Assembly (NCBI GenBank): GCA_030059665.1
Contig: JANVYR010000001.1
Coordinates: forward strand, 576,001-640,000
Origin: Candidatus Calditenuis fumarioli
GTDB lineage: Archaea > Thermoproteota > Nitrososphaeria_A > Caldarchaeales > Calditenuaceae
Reading direction: 5' to 3'
Length of the DNA stretch: 64,000 bases
Positions 29,006 to 38,203 of the stretch are shown in pieces. How positions within the stretch are numbered: the stretch's first letter is position 1; each line of letters begins with the position of its first letter. The notes beneath the pieces are model-generated. The model saw only the letters and a program-made list of their open reading frames with translations, was not told the origin of the DNA and ran no database searches. A program made the position numbers and the translations under genes.

Positions 29006-29093
29006 TGGTGCGGGGGGTGGGATTCGAACCCACGAACCCCTACGGGACAGGGTCCTGAGCCCTGCGCCTTTGACCAGGCTTGGCTACCCCCGC
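29006..29093 (-). tRNA. tRNA-Leu(CAG), CCA encoded
   Basis: GCGGGGG..CAGGG CT CAG GA CCCTG, long variable arm, GTGGG TTCGAAT CCCAC CCCCCGC ACCA. Confidence 0.97.
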
Positions 29094-29163
29094 CCGGTGT
29101 TCACATCTCCATAGCCTGCTAATAGAAGTTGAGCCGTTCGGAGGGAGCGGCGGGCTCCGGGCG

Positions 29164-29376
29164 CTACCACCTCATGAGGATCAGGTACAGCGCCAGCAGG
29201 ACGACGATGAGGAGCGGTGAGGTTCCCACGGTGACGTCGCCCACCTTGACCGAGACGAAGAGCAGGGGGTGGAGCTCTCCGACCGCCGGAAGATGCCTCG
29301 CCAGCAGGGAGCCGAAAACGAGCGCCGCACCCATCGCGATCAGAAGCAGGCCCAACGCGATCAACGGGTCCCTCAC
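29164..29376 (-). CDS. Small membrane protein
   Basis: 70 aa with two hydrophobic segments; coupled to the upstream gene. Confidence 0.5.
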   Translation of the reverse strand: MRDPLIALGLLLIAMGAALVFGSLLARHLPAVGELHPLLFVSVKVGDVTVGTSPLLIVVLLALYLILMRW

Positions 29377-30020
29377 GTCCCCCTCACCGCCCTCGCGGCC
29401 CTGAGCAGCCCTATCACCTCCTCGTCGTCCACCTGCGGGAAGTGCTCGTAGAACTCTCCGACCGCGAAGAACTCATCCGGAACGAAGACCGCCTCGGCCC
29501 TGTCAGCCTCTAATGCGGCCCTCATCAGCGCCTCCCTCGATGAGACGGGAACCGCGACGCTCACGCTTTTGGCACCGAGCCGCCTCGCGGACCTTATGCC
29601 GGCCATCATCGTCGACCCGGTCGCCATCCCGTCGTCGACGAGCACCACGCTCCTCCCCCTGACCTCGAGCCTCTCCGCCCCTCCCCTCAGGCGCTGCGCC
29701 CTCTCCCTCACCTCGCCCAGCATCGACGAGGCCCGCTCGAAGACGTACGATTCGTCGAGTCCGTAGAGCTCTATGACCTCGCGCTCGACGTAGACCTCGC
29801 CGTCCTCGGAGACCGCACCCGCGGCCAGCTCCGGGTTCCCGGGAACTCCTATCTTTCGGACCATCAAAACGTCAAGCCCCGCGCCAAGCCCCCTCGCCAC
29901 CTCGTACCCCACCACGACCCCTCCCCTCGGTATGGCCAGCACCAACTCCGGAGGCTCGGGCCACCTCCTGACGAGCTCCAGAAGCCTCAGCCCTGCCTCC
30001 CTCCTGTCCCTGAACCTCAT
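29373..30020 (-). CDS. Type I phosphoribosyltransferase family protein
   Basis: FRDRREAG, IPRGG, VLVDDGMATGSTM, AVGEFY..F.QV.D.EV. Confidence 0.9.
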   Translation of the reverse strand: MRFRDRREAGLRLLELVRRWPEPPELVLAIPRGGVVVGYEVARGLGAGLDVLMVRKIGVPGNPELAAGAVSEDGEVYVEREVIELYGLDESYVFERASSMLGEVRERAQRLRGGAERLEVRGRSVVLVDDGMATGSTMMAGIRSARRLGAKSVSVAVPVSSREALMRAALEADRAEAVFVPDEFFAVGEFYEHFPQVDDEEVIGLLRAARAVRGT

Positions 30021-30174
30021 GCCCTTCTCCCAAATCAGTGGCGCCTGCCGGGTAAAATAATCCCTCATTACGTCATCAACTGCTCAAGGACGGGTATCGC
30101 CTGCGTCTCCCCTATCTGAACCAAAACCTCCTTCAGGAGCCTGGACACTAACTCACATTCCTTATGAACGTGCA

Positions 30175-31254
30175 TTGCGATATGAGATGATAGGAATGAT
30201 CGGAGAAGCAAACCAAAAACATCTCGATTGGAAGCTGAAGGAGAAAGCCCTTGAGCTGTTCAGGAGACTCGAGCAGATATCAGAGCTTCCGAGGTTTGAC
30301 GGAGCATGTGTTGATTTCCATCAGAAGAGGCCGGCGATGGTTTTCATAGCGGAGAAAGAGCTGATATCTCAAGTCGAGAACGGAGAGCTCCCGGGGTTCC
30401 TCGTCGCGCAGGGCGTCCGCCGCGTGCTGGTGGACGCCCTGTGGCCGACGAACGTAGCCATCCTCAAGCAGCTAATCGAAAACGGGGTCGAGGTCTGGGT
30501 CCTAACCAGACCATCGGCCCTTCACGGATGGAGGAGGAAGAAGAATTCAGGGAAGCCAAAGGGACTCATTGAGTGGTTGGAAAGACACAACCCACAGGTC
30601 CTCGAGGGTTTCAAGACGGAGATCAAGAACGATGTTTATGATGCCGTCTTACTGCGCTACATGAAGCCGAAATTCATGAGGCCTCTCATGAAAGAGCATC
30701 TGACGTGTTGGGTAAGCATGCTGTTATATCGGTATGCCAGAAGGAATCGTCAGGGACTGCTCCAACAGCTCGACGCTCTACCAGTATCAGAGGACGAAAG
30801 GTCGTGGAGAGTAGAGATGGCCGAGGACTATCTGATGATGGAGGCGACGAACTTCATTCAGATCATCAAGAGTTGCTATCCTAAGATCTGCGAAATGTTC
30901 AAGGATCTGCGCATCGATGGCGGAGATGTCGTAACACAGGCACTCGTCTGCGACGTGTTCATGGAGATTGATGAGACCAAGAGCTTGACCGAGGTTTACA
31001 GGAAATTCGGACTCATCCCTAAGAAGGATCAAGAAGGTCTGATATATGACGGAGCGGCCAAGCACTCACTGGTTCAGTTGACCGCGAAGAGGCTCGGGGT
31101 TAATCCGAAATACCTGACCGCTGAGGAAAAGAAAGAGTTGGTGGAGGAACAGAGGATAACAGTAGAGGTGATCTATAAATGGAAGAGGAAGATGATGGGC
31201 CTAGGGGCGGGCGCTTCAGCGGGGGAGACCCGGGCACGGGCGCTAGCCGGGTAA
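30175..31254 (+). CDS. IS110/Tas-like RuvC-domain protein (element E1); start may be 30187 or 30196
   Basis: D47 (VDFH), D87 (VDAL), KND153..D156A, coiled coil, FGLIP. Motif-by-motif homologous to 51173-51949. Confidence 0.7.
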   Translation: MRYEMIGMIGEANQKHLDWKLKEKALELFRRLEQISELPRFDGACVDFHQKRPAMVFIAEKELISQVENGELPGFLVAQGVRRVLVDALWPTNVAILKQLIENGVEVWVLTRPSALHGWRRKKNSGKPKGLIEWLERHNPQVLEGFKTEIKNDVYDAVLLRYMKPKFMRPLMKEHLTCWVSMLLYRYARRNRQGLLQQLDALPVSEDERSWRVEMAEDYLMMEATNFIQIIKSCYPKICEMFKDLRIDGGDVVTQALVCDVFMEIDETKSLTEVYRKFGLIPKKDQEGLIYDGAAKHSLVQLTAKRLGVNPKYLTAEEKKELVEEQRITVEVIYKWKRKMMGLGAGASAGETRARALAG

Positions 31255-31370
31255 AAAGTCGCCCCCGCCGTGAGGCGGCGAGGCGTACTTTATGGGTTTA
31301 AGCACCGGCCCGGGCCCCAAACGGCCGAGGACACCCTGAGCTGACGGTGGAAGCGATCCAAACCCCTCCC
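31205..31370 (+). ncRNA. Structured RNA downstream of the E1 gene (candidate guide/bridge RNA)
   Basis: Nested helices (CCCGGGC/GCCCGGG, AAAGT/ACTTT, CGCC-GTGA-GGCG GNRA hairpin). Shares ACCYGGGCA and TNAAGCA words with the E2 RNA. Confidence 0.45.
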
Positions 31371-31393
31371 CTTTTCTTCCTTTCTTGAGCTAT

Positions 31394-31841
31394 GCCTTGT
31401 GGCTTAATTCCTCTAGCTCTACCCCCTTCTCCAGCTGGTGGTTCTTCGTCTCAGGTTCATTTTGTGTCCAGCAAACAGGATGTATATGAACACCTTCTGT
31501 ACCATCTCTACCTTCATCCATCTAGGCTTCTTGGATAGCACTTCTTCTCATCAAATCGTCTTGAATGCAAATAATACCATTTCGATCGTCCACCTTCTCT
31601 CTCCTAAAGCTCATCTGCATAACGCTTAACGAAATTCAGGTCAAGTATGACCTTTCCCCTCTTGATAAGCCTTTCGTCAACTCCCTTCCAATAGTTGGAA
31701 GCCATTGAGATGAGGTAAGTAACAGCAGGCCATAGGCCTTACTCTTCATAAAGAGCCACCTTCAAAGTCCAGAGGTACCGATGCGAAGCTCAGAGAATGG
31801 GCTCAGGAACCGGGAGAAGTCTGCGAATTAAGCCACAAGGC
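31394..31841 (-). mobile_element. 448-bp non-autonomous IS5 (IS903-group-like) derivative / MITE
   Basis: Perfect 17-bp TIRs GCCTTGTGGCTTAATTC (31394-31410) and GAATTAAGCCACAAGGC (31825-31841). Transposase remnants YWKGVDERLIKRGKVILDL and EMVQKVFIY lie on the minus strand. Confidence 0.8.
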
Positions 31842-31900
31842 GCGCCACAGCTCTCTTACCTCCGAGCACGCCCTTATCCGGGCAGCACTTAGGCATCCGC

Positions 31901-32473
31901 GTGAGGTACGGCACCGGTGACGACGGAAGCACCTGGCTCCTGGAGGGCAAGAGGGTGAGGAAGTACCACCCGAGGGTGGTGGCCTGCGGGGAGGTGGACG
32001 AGCTCAACTCGGTCCTGGGCGTCTGCAGGTCCATCCTTAGGGAGAGACATCCAGACCTGGACGAGGAGCTGAGGAGGGTTCAGGAGGCGCTCTTCCGGAT
32101 GGGCGCGGAGCTGGCCTCCGAGGAGCCTGCGAAGCTCGGCATCAGGAGGATAGACGCCGATGACGTCGCGTCGCTCGAGAGGGCCCTCGAGAGGCTCGGG
32201 TCCGAGGTGGAGGAGCTGAGGCACTTCGTTTACCCGTCCGGCACGCTCGCCGGCTCAATGCTCCACCTGGCGAGGGCCGTCGCGAGGAGGGCCGAGAGGT
32301 CTGTGGTCTTCCTCTCGGATCAGGAGGGCCTGAACCCGGAGATCATACGGTACCTGAACAGGCTCTCGACCCTGCTCTTCCAGATGGCACGGGCGGTGAA
32401 CGCGAGGGAGGGGTCGTCGGAGGACCGGTGGCTGGGTAGGTGGGGTGAAGGTGGAAGGACCGATCAGGGTTAG
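31901..32473 (+). CDS. PduO-type cob(I)alamin adenosyltransferase
   Basis: GTGDDGST, GEVDELNS, ARAVARRAER, YLNRLS. Confidence 0.92.
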   Translation: MRYGTGDDGSTWLLEGKRVRKYHPRVVACGEVDELNSVLGVCRSILRERHPDLDEELRRVQEALFRMGAELASEEPAKLGIRRIDADDVASLERALERLGSEVEELRHFVYPSGTLAGSMLHLARAVARRAERSVVFLSDQEGLNPEIIRYLNRLSTLLFQMARAVNAREGSSEDRWLGRWGEGGRTDQG

Positions 32474-33105
32474 GGGGGAACGCTCCTCCGCCGGGAGGTC
32501 CTGTTGTGGAGCAGCCGCCTTACCAGGAACTCGGAGACCGTCACCGCGTCCTTCCCGTCCAGGTATCGGACCGCGTGGGGAGAGAGCTTGACGCTCACCT
32601 CAGCCCTCCTGAGGCCCGATTCGTCGGAGGGCCAGAGCTGGACCAGCGCGAGCAGCTTGGGAAAGAACTTGAAGCTGAAGGATATGCCGCCCAACCTCTC
32701 CCTTCTACCTCCGGTAGCGAAGGCCGACTGGACGAAGAGCTCCGAGCGAGACCCGAATGCCTCCGATAGCGGCCGGAGGACCCGCCGGACGTACTCGCCG
32801 TGGTAGGGCTGGACGTTTGCGAACCGCTCTATCCCCACCCATCCCTTTTCGAACTCGACGTGGACCTGGTTGATCAGGTACTTCGCCATCACGACCGAAA
32901 GCTCCCTCTCGGCAGCCTCGTTCCTGACCACCTCCTCGGCGGTGCCGTCGTTCAGGTGGAAGCAGTACGTGAGGTCGAGCACGTTGATCAGGTACCTCGG
33001 GCCCTTCCCCTCCTTCGGCGGCAGGTACGCGACCTCGCACTTCCTGCTGACCTCCTTCGGGTCGAGGACCCTGAGGTGAGAGAGGAGCTCCTGAAGCGCG
33101 ATCAC
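32470..33105 (-). CDS. DUF3786-like protein
   Basis: W..F...G.YH.., F.FFPK....V.LW..DE. Resembles DUF3786 proteins associated with corrinoid genes. Confidence 0.55.
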   Translation of the reverse strand: MIALQELLSHLRVLDPKEVSRKCEVAYLPPKEGKGPRYLINVLDLTYCFHLNDGTAEEVVRNEAAERELSVVMAKYLINQVHVEFEKGWVGIERFANVQPYHGEYVRRVLRPLSEAFGSRSELFVQSAFATGGRRERLGGISFSFKFFPKLLALVQLWPSDESGLRRAEVSVKLSPHAVRYLDGKDAVTVSEFLVRRLLHNRTSRRRSVPP

Positions 33106-33155
33106 GGAATCGAGACCCTCACTGAGGAGTTAAGCGTATTGCCGTCCCGTATTGT

Positions 33156-33590
33156 TCACGTCTTACCAAGAGCTTCCGACGGTGATACCACCTTGGTCCT
33201 GAACCTTCCCCTGTACTCCCTGCGCCAGGTCACGTACCTCGTCACGTCGTGGTTCGTCTCCAGAGCCCGCTCGATCAGGACCCCGAGGTAGTCGACGCCC
33301 CTGACGAGGTCAGGAAAGACCTCCTCGACGTGCTCCTCCCAGGAGCCAGGAGGTGGCGGGAAGAGCACCACGTGCTCCTCGCTCCTGAGGTATGCCAGAT
33401 AGATCTCCCTGCCGGCCCTCTCACCGACCGCCTCCGAGACCGCAGCGACCAGGTTCAGGAGGTCGAAGATCGTCACGGCCTTCAACAGGCCCCTCGTCAT
33501 CGAGATGTACTCCTCGTTGTCGGCGTACCTCGGGTCGTCCTCGAGCGCCAGGTGGTGGATCGTCAGGACGTCGTGTCCGATCGCGTCCAC
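33156..33590 (-). CDS. Divergent PIN-like protein (putative toxin)
   Basis: D.HDV N-terminus, D...I..ALE, YVTW...V.SP.E C-terminus; overlaps an RHH gene. Confidence 0.45.
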   Translation of the reverse strand: MDAIGHDVLTIHHLALEDDPRYADNEEYISMTRGLLKAVTIFDLLNLVAAVSEAVGERAGREIYLAYLRSEEHVVLFPPPPGSWEEHVEEVFPDLVRGVDYLGVLIERALETNHDVTRYVTWRREYRGRFRTKVVSPSEALGKT

Positions 33591-33850
33591 CGCTCCACCA
33601 CCTCCTCCCTCCTCCTCGATGCCTTGAAGACCAGCTCTGTCGGCGATCCCGACCTGGGAAGCCTCCCGCCCAGATAGAGGGCCGTCGCTCTACCCTCGGG
33701 GCTCGTGCGTGAATACCGGAGGACGAGGTACCTCAGGGCGTCGTTCACAGCGTCGCTCCTGTTCTTGAAGAGGCCCTCCGCGCAGAGCTCATCGACCCTT
33801 CTGAGCAGCGCCGCGCTCACCCTCACCTGGAGCAGCACCGTGTCCGTCAA
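33563..33850 (-). CDS. Ribbon-helix-helix (CopG/MetJ) protein, putative antitoxin
   Basis: LQVRVSAALLRRVDEL..EGLFKNRSDAVNDALR. Confidence 0.75.
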   Translation of the reverse strand: MTDTVLLQVRVSAALLRRVDELCAEGLFKNRSDAVNDALRYLVLRYSRTSPEGRATALYLGGRLPRSGSPTELVFKASRRREEVVERWTRSDTTS

Positions 33851-33923
33851 CTCCCTGCAGCATTCAAAATGAAAGGCCAATGATAAATTTTGATCGGACG
33901 GGTCGGAGGGTTCCGAACGCGCC

Positions 33924-35534
33924 TCAGCCGGCCGGTCGGACGCTCAGGTAGGGCTGGAGAACCCGCTCCAGGTACTCGGCCCCCAGGTCGTGGAGGTAAG
34001 GGCCGAGGCGGGGGCCGCTCTCCCGGTTCAGCAGGACCCTGTAGAAGGTCCTGAAGGTCACCACGGGGTCGACGCCCATGCTCCTCGAGACGTCGAAGAC
34101 CGCCGACTGGATCTCCTCGGGGCCAGCACCGGACTTGATGACCTCGAGGACCCTCGCCATCACCTCGGCCACCTTCGGGTCCACCTCCACCCTCGGAGCC
34201 GCAGCCTCCCTCTGGCCCAGGTCCCTCAGGTAGTTCACGGCGTAGTAGAGCCTCCTCCTGGCGTCCTCGTCGACGGCGTACCCGTAACGCTGGAGCCTCT
34301 GGAGGACGAACTCCTCGATCCTGTCCTGGGGGGCTATCTGGGCCAGCTGGAGGAGGAGTCTGTAGGGAACCCTCCGCTTCGGCCCATCGGGGACCCTCAG
34401 CAGGTGAGCGTACTCGTAGAGGCCTCGCAGCTTCGCCGTCTTGAGGTCGTTCGATTGTCGGTTGCGGAAGTAGAACTCCTCGAGCCTGTCGAGCTCCTCC
34501 ATCATCCTGGGTATCGCTGACGGCGTGACCTTCCTGGTCCTCGTGCCCCTCTTCAGAAGGAACAGCATCAGGCTCTGTGGCGATGCGTAGCGGTACCACA
34601 TCTGTGGTGTGAAGACGTTCCCCGTCGACTTGGAGATCTTCCTCCCCACCGCGTCGAGGAACATCTCGTACCTCACGTGGTATGGATGCGGGTGGCCGAG
34701 GATTTCGTCCGAGACCCAATCGTTCACCCTCACCGAGTCGGCGATGTCCTTCCCGTACGCCTCGAACCTGATGTCCAGGGCCGCCCACCTCGCCGCGAAC
34801 TCCACCTTCCAGGCGAGCTTGCCCTCGTCGGTCGAGACGTCGGCCTCACCCTCGTATCCGCACCCGGGATACCAACCCGACTTGAGCTGGACTCCCACGC
34901 ACCTGTACCTGACCTTGCCGCGGACCGGGTCGAAGTCGTAGGCCTCCGCGGTGTAGATGCGGCCGCATCCCTTGCATATGGGGAAGTAGGGCAGAACCCG
35001 GGTGAACTTCTCCTGACCGGTCATCTCCTTGATCCGCTCGCCGATCCGCGAGGCCTGGCTCAGGATCCTGCGGGCCTGCTCCGCCATCAGGCCTCTCCTG
35101 CAGGCCTCCCTCCCGGACCAGAAGACGTACTCGATGCCGGCCTCGTCCAGCGCGGACTTCAGCATCTCCTCCATCCGCTCCGCGAAGGACCTGTAGCTGC
35201 CGAAGGGGTCCTCGATGTGGCTGACCGGCCTCAGGAGCTCCTCCCTCAGCCTCTCAGGCATCCCCGCAGGCACCTTCCGGAGCCCGTCCAGGTCGTCGCA
35301 GAAGAGCACCATCTCGGAGTTGTACCCCATGTCCCTGAGGGCGAGGGTGACCGCGTAGGCCCTGACCGCGTCCGCCATGGAGCCGATGTGGGGTATCCCG
35401 CTCGCGCCGAAACCGCTCTCGGTCCTGATCAGGTCGAGCGACCTGCCCAGCTCCCTCTCGCGCCGGATCAGCCGGTGTGCCACCATGTCGATCCAAGTTC
35501 CCCTTCCTATCACCCGCTTGCCCTCTGCACCCAA
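33924..35534 (-). CDS. lysS: Class I lysyl-tRNA synthetase
   Basis: SGIPHIG, DDLDGLRKVP, GKLAWKVEFAARW, KISKS.GN, GPRLG. Confidence 0.97.
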   Translation of the reverse strand: MGAEGKRVIGRGTWIDMVAHRLIRRERELGRSLDLIRTESGFGASGIPHIGSMADAVRAYAVTLALRDMGYNSEMVLFCDDLDGLRKVPAGMPERLREELLRPVSHIEDPFGSYRSFAERMEEMLKSALDEAGIEYVFWSGREACRRGLMAEQARRILSQASRIGERIKEMTGQEKFTRVLPYFPICKGCGRIYTAEAYDFDPVRGKVRYRCVGVQLKSGWYPGCGYEGEADVSTDEGKLAWKVEFAARWAALDIRFEAYGKDIADSVRVNDWVSDEILGHPHPYHVRYEMFLDAVGRKISKSTGNVFTPQMWYRYASPQSLMLFLLKRGTRTRKVTPSAIPRMMEELDRLEEFYFRNRQSNDLKTAKLRGLYEYAHLLRVPDGPKRRVPYRLLLQLAQIAPQDRIEEFVLQRLQRYGYAVDEDARRRLYYAVNYLRDLGQREAAAPRVEVDPKVAEVMARVLEVIKSGAGPEEIQSAVFDVSRSMGVDPVVTFRTFYRVLLNRESGPRLGPYLHDLGAEYLERVLQPYLSVRPAG

Positions 35535-35914
35535 CCCTCCCTGCCACCCTCACGCGGCCCCAATAAACCGTCTTCCGAGGGCCGACGGAGTCCCTGGACC
35601 CGTGCATCCGGGCCGCGATCGCGGCCGCTCTGCAGCACAACCGTTCAACCGCGTATTACAACCAAAATACGTTCGTCCTCAACCCTGGGAACTCATAACT
35701 ATTGGATAGATTACAAAAGATGCTGAAGGCGGGCCGGCAGAGGTGGTCGCCGGGGTCCGGGGGAAGCCTCGGGCTCGGGTGCCCCGACCGGTACCAGGGC
35801 CCGAAAGGGTGCCGCAGCCGGAAGGGGTACGGGCGGCTGACGCTCACCGGCGGCAACTGGGAAGGTGGGCGTGAAGCGCCCGCGAACCGCCGAATGCCCG
35901 TCTCCGTTCTCCCC

Positions 35915-38203
35915 TCAACCGAATTCCCTCACGAGCTCCCAGAGGTAGTTTGGCTTTGCGGGCGACCCGTCGATCCTCAGGGGCCAGAGCGCGTCCTCGA
36001 TCGCGTTCATCACCGCCTGCGCGAACCCTATCGTGGCCGCCTCCCCCACGCCCTTCGTCCCGAGGACGTTGGGTGCCGGCGTAACCGTCCTGTCCAGCTC
36101 GAACCTCGGAACCTCCGCCGCGGTCGGGACCAGGTAATCGGTCAGCGTCGCGGTCAGTGGCTGCCCCTCCCCGTCGTAGACCACCTCCTCGTGAAGGGCC
36201 TGGCCCAGCGCCTGCACAGCGCCTCCTATCAGCTGACCCTCGACCAGCATCGGGTTCACCACGTTGCCGCAGTCGTCCACCATCACCGCCTTCAGCACCC
36301 TGACCTGGTACGTCTCGGGATCGACCTCGACGACGACCGCGTGGGCGCCGAACGGGTACGTCAGCCTCGGCGAGTGGTGCGCTGAGGCCTCGAGTCCGGG
36401 CTCGATCTCCTCGGGCAGGGAATCCTCGTCGTGTGCCGCCGCGGCGACCTCCCTGAAACCGACGGATCTGTCCTCGTGGCCCCTCACGTGGAACCTCCCC
36501 CGCTCGAAGACGACGTCCTCGGGCCTCACCTCCAGGAGGTGCGCGGCCACCCTCACCATCTTCTCTTTGACCCTCTCGCACGCGGCGATGATCGCGGCCC
36601 CTCCCGACGTCAGCGTCCAGCTCCCCGCCGTTCCCCCTCCCTCGGGCGCGGTCTCCGTGTCGCCGTACAGAACCCTGACGTCGTCGAGCTCGATCCCGAA
36701 GAAGTCGGCCACCAGCTGGGCGAAGGCCGTCTGCTCTCCCTGGCCGTGGGGCATGGTGCTGGTGTAGACGGTCACCCTGCCGTCGCTCTCCACCTTCACG
36801 CGGGCCGACTGGGAAGCGAAGTTGCAGACCTCCACGTAGGCGGAGAGCCCTATCCCCACGAGCTTCCCCTCGGCCCTGGCCCTCTCCTTCAGGCCCCTCA
36901 TCTGCCGGTACCCGAGGAGGTCGAGGGCCCTTCTCAGCGCCGCGGCGTAGTCGCCCGAGTCGTAGGTGTGCCCCGTAACGGTCCTGTAGGGGAACTCGTC
37001 ACGTCCGATGAAGTTGCGGAGCCTCAGCTCAGCCGGGTCGATGCCGAGCTCCCTCGCGAGGCGTTCGACGGTCCGCTCGATGAGGTAGGATGCCTCCGGC
37101 CTTCCAGCCCCCCTGTAGGGCCCCGCGGGGACCTTGTTGGTGTAGACGCCCACCACCTCGCCCTCTATGCCCTTCAGCCTGTAGGCTCCCGGGAGCATGC
37201 TGAGGACGCTCAGGAACGGGGCCTTGGTGAGGCTGTAGAGGTAGGCGCCGACGTCGCCGAGGATCCTCGCTCTGATGCCGGTGAGCAGGCCGTCCCTCCT
37301 CGCGGCCACCTCGATCTCAGCGACCACGCCCCTGCCCTGAGTCGACGCGGTGAGCGACTCCGACCTCGTCTCGACCCACTTGATGGGCCTCCCGAGGAGC
37401 CTCGCGGCCGCTGGCACCGCCACGTCCTCCGGGTAGTGGGCGATCTTCGACCCGAAGGCCCCTCCGACGTCGTGGACCACGATTCTCAGGTCGCTGATCG
37501 GGATGCCGAGGGCCTCTGCAGTCCACCTCCTCAGGTCGTGAGGGAACTGGTGCGTCGCGTGGACCACCAGCCTCCCGGTTCCCGGCTCCGGAACCGCCAA
37601 CACTCCCCTCGTCTCCATGGGCACCGCCGCGAGGCGCTGGATCCTGAACCTGTACCGCTTGACGACCTCCGCCGCACCGAAGGCCCCTTCCGGGTCACCA
37701 CCGGTCCTCCTGTGGGTGAAGGCCACGTTGGTGCCAAGCTCCTCGTGGACCAGCGGAGCCCCCTCGCTCAGCGCCCGCTCCACGTCCGTGACCGGAGGCA
37801 GCCTCTCGTACTCGACCTCGACCATCTCAGCGGCGTCGTAGGCGACGTACCTGTCCTCCGCTATCACCATCGCCACCGGCTCCCCGTAGTACCTGACCTT
37901 CTTCGAAGCCAGCGGCCAGGCCCTCGGGACGTCGCTGCCCGCGTCCGTGCTAACGGGCCCCGCGTGCCTCGCCATCTCCTCCGCCGTGAGGACGGACACC
38001 ACTCCCCTCATCCTCTCGGCCCTACTCGCGTCGATCGACCTGATCCTCGCGTGGGCAACCCTGCTCCTGACGAAGGCCGCGTACAGCATGCCTGGAACCC
38101 TCAGGTCGTCGAGGAACGTCCCTGTGCCGGTCACGAACCGCCTGTCCTCAACCCTCGGAACGGGTCTGCCCACGTACCTGAGCGACGCGAACGGCCAGCT
38201 CAA
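35915..38203 (-). CDS. Xanthine-dehydrogenase-family Mo-binding large subunit (CoxL form II / CutA-like)
   Basis: PRVEDRRF.TG.G.FLDD, GGAFGSK, active-site PYRGAGRPEA, GQL.GG..Q, KGVGE. Confidence 0.92.
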   Translation of the reverse strand: MSWPFASLRYVGRPVPRVEDRRFVTGTGTFLDDLRVPGMLYAAFVRSRVAHARIRSIDASRAERMRGVVSVLTAEEMARHAGPVSTDAGSDVPRAWPLASKKVRYYGEPVAMVIAEDRYVAYDAAEMVEVEYERLPPVTDVERALSEGAPLVHEELGTNVAFTHRRTGGDPEGAFGAAEVVKRYRFRIQRLAAVPMETRGVLAVPEPGTGRLVVHATHQFPHDLRRWTAEALGIPISDLRIVVHDVGGAFGSKIAHYPEDVAVPAAARLLGRPIKWVETRSESLTASTQGRGVVAEIEVAARRDGLLTGIRARILGDVGAYLYSLTKAPFLSVLSMLPGAYRLKGIEGEVVGVYTNKVPAGPYRGAGRPEASYLIERTVERLARELGIDPAELRLRNFIGRDEFPYRTVTGHTYDSGDYAAALRRALDLLGYRQMRGLKERARAEGKLVGIGLSAYVEVCNFASQSARVKVESDGRVTVYTSTMPHGQGEQTAFAQLVADFFGIELDDVRVLYGDTETAPEGGGTAGSWTLTSGGAAIIAACERVKEKMVRVAAHLLEVRPEDVVFERGRFHVRGHEDRSVGFREVAAAAHDEDSLPEEIEPGLEASAHHSPRLTYPFGAHAVVVEVDPETYQVRVLKAVMVDDCGNVVNPMLVEGQLIGGAVQALGQALHEEVVYDGEGQPLTATLTDYLVPTAAEVPRFELDRTVTPAPNVLGTKGVGEAATIGFAQAVMNAIEDALWPLRIDGSPAKPNYLWELVREFG

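Noticed and set aside
30082-31390. GCTCAAGGA / TTCTTGAGC as sub-terminal inverted repeats of E1
   Set aside because: An 8/9 match between two ~100-nt search windows is expected by chance, and no junction evidence fixes these positions.
35715-35912. SRP RNA, RNase P RNA, 5S rRNA or cobalamin riboswitch
   Set aside because: Diagnostic motifs are missing or out of order; kept only as an unassigned structured region.
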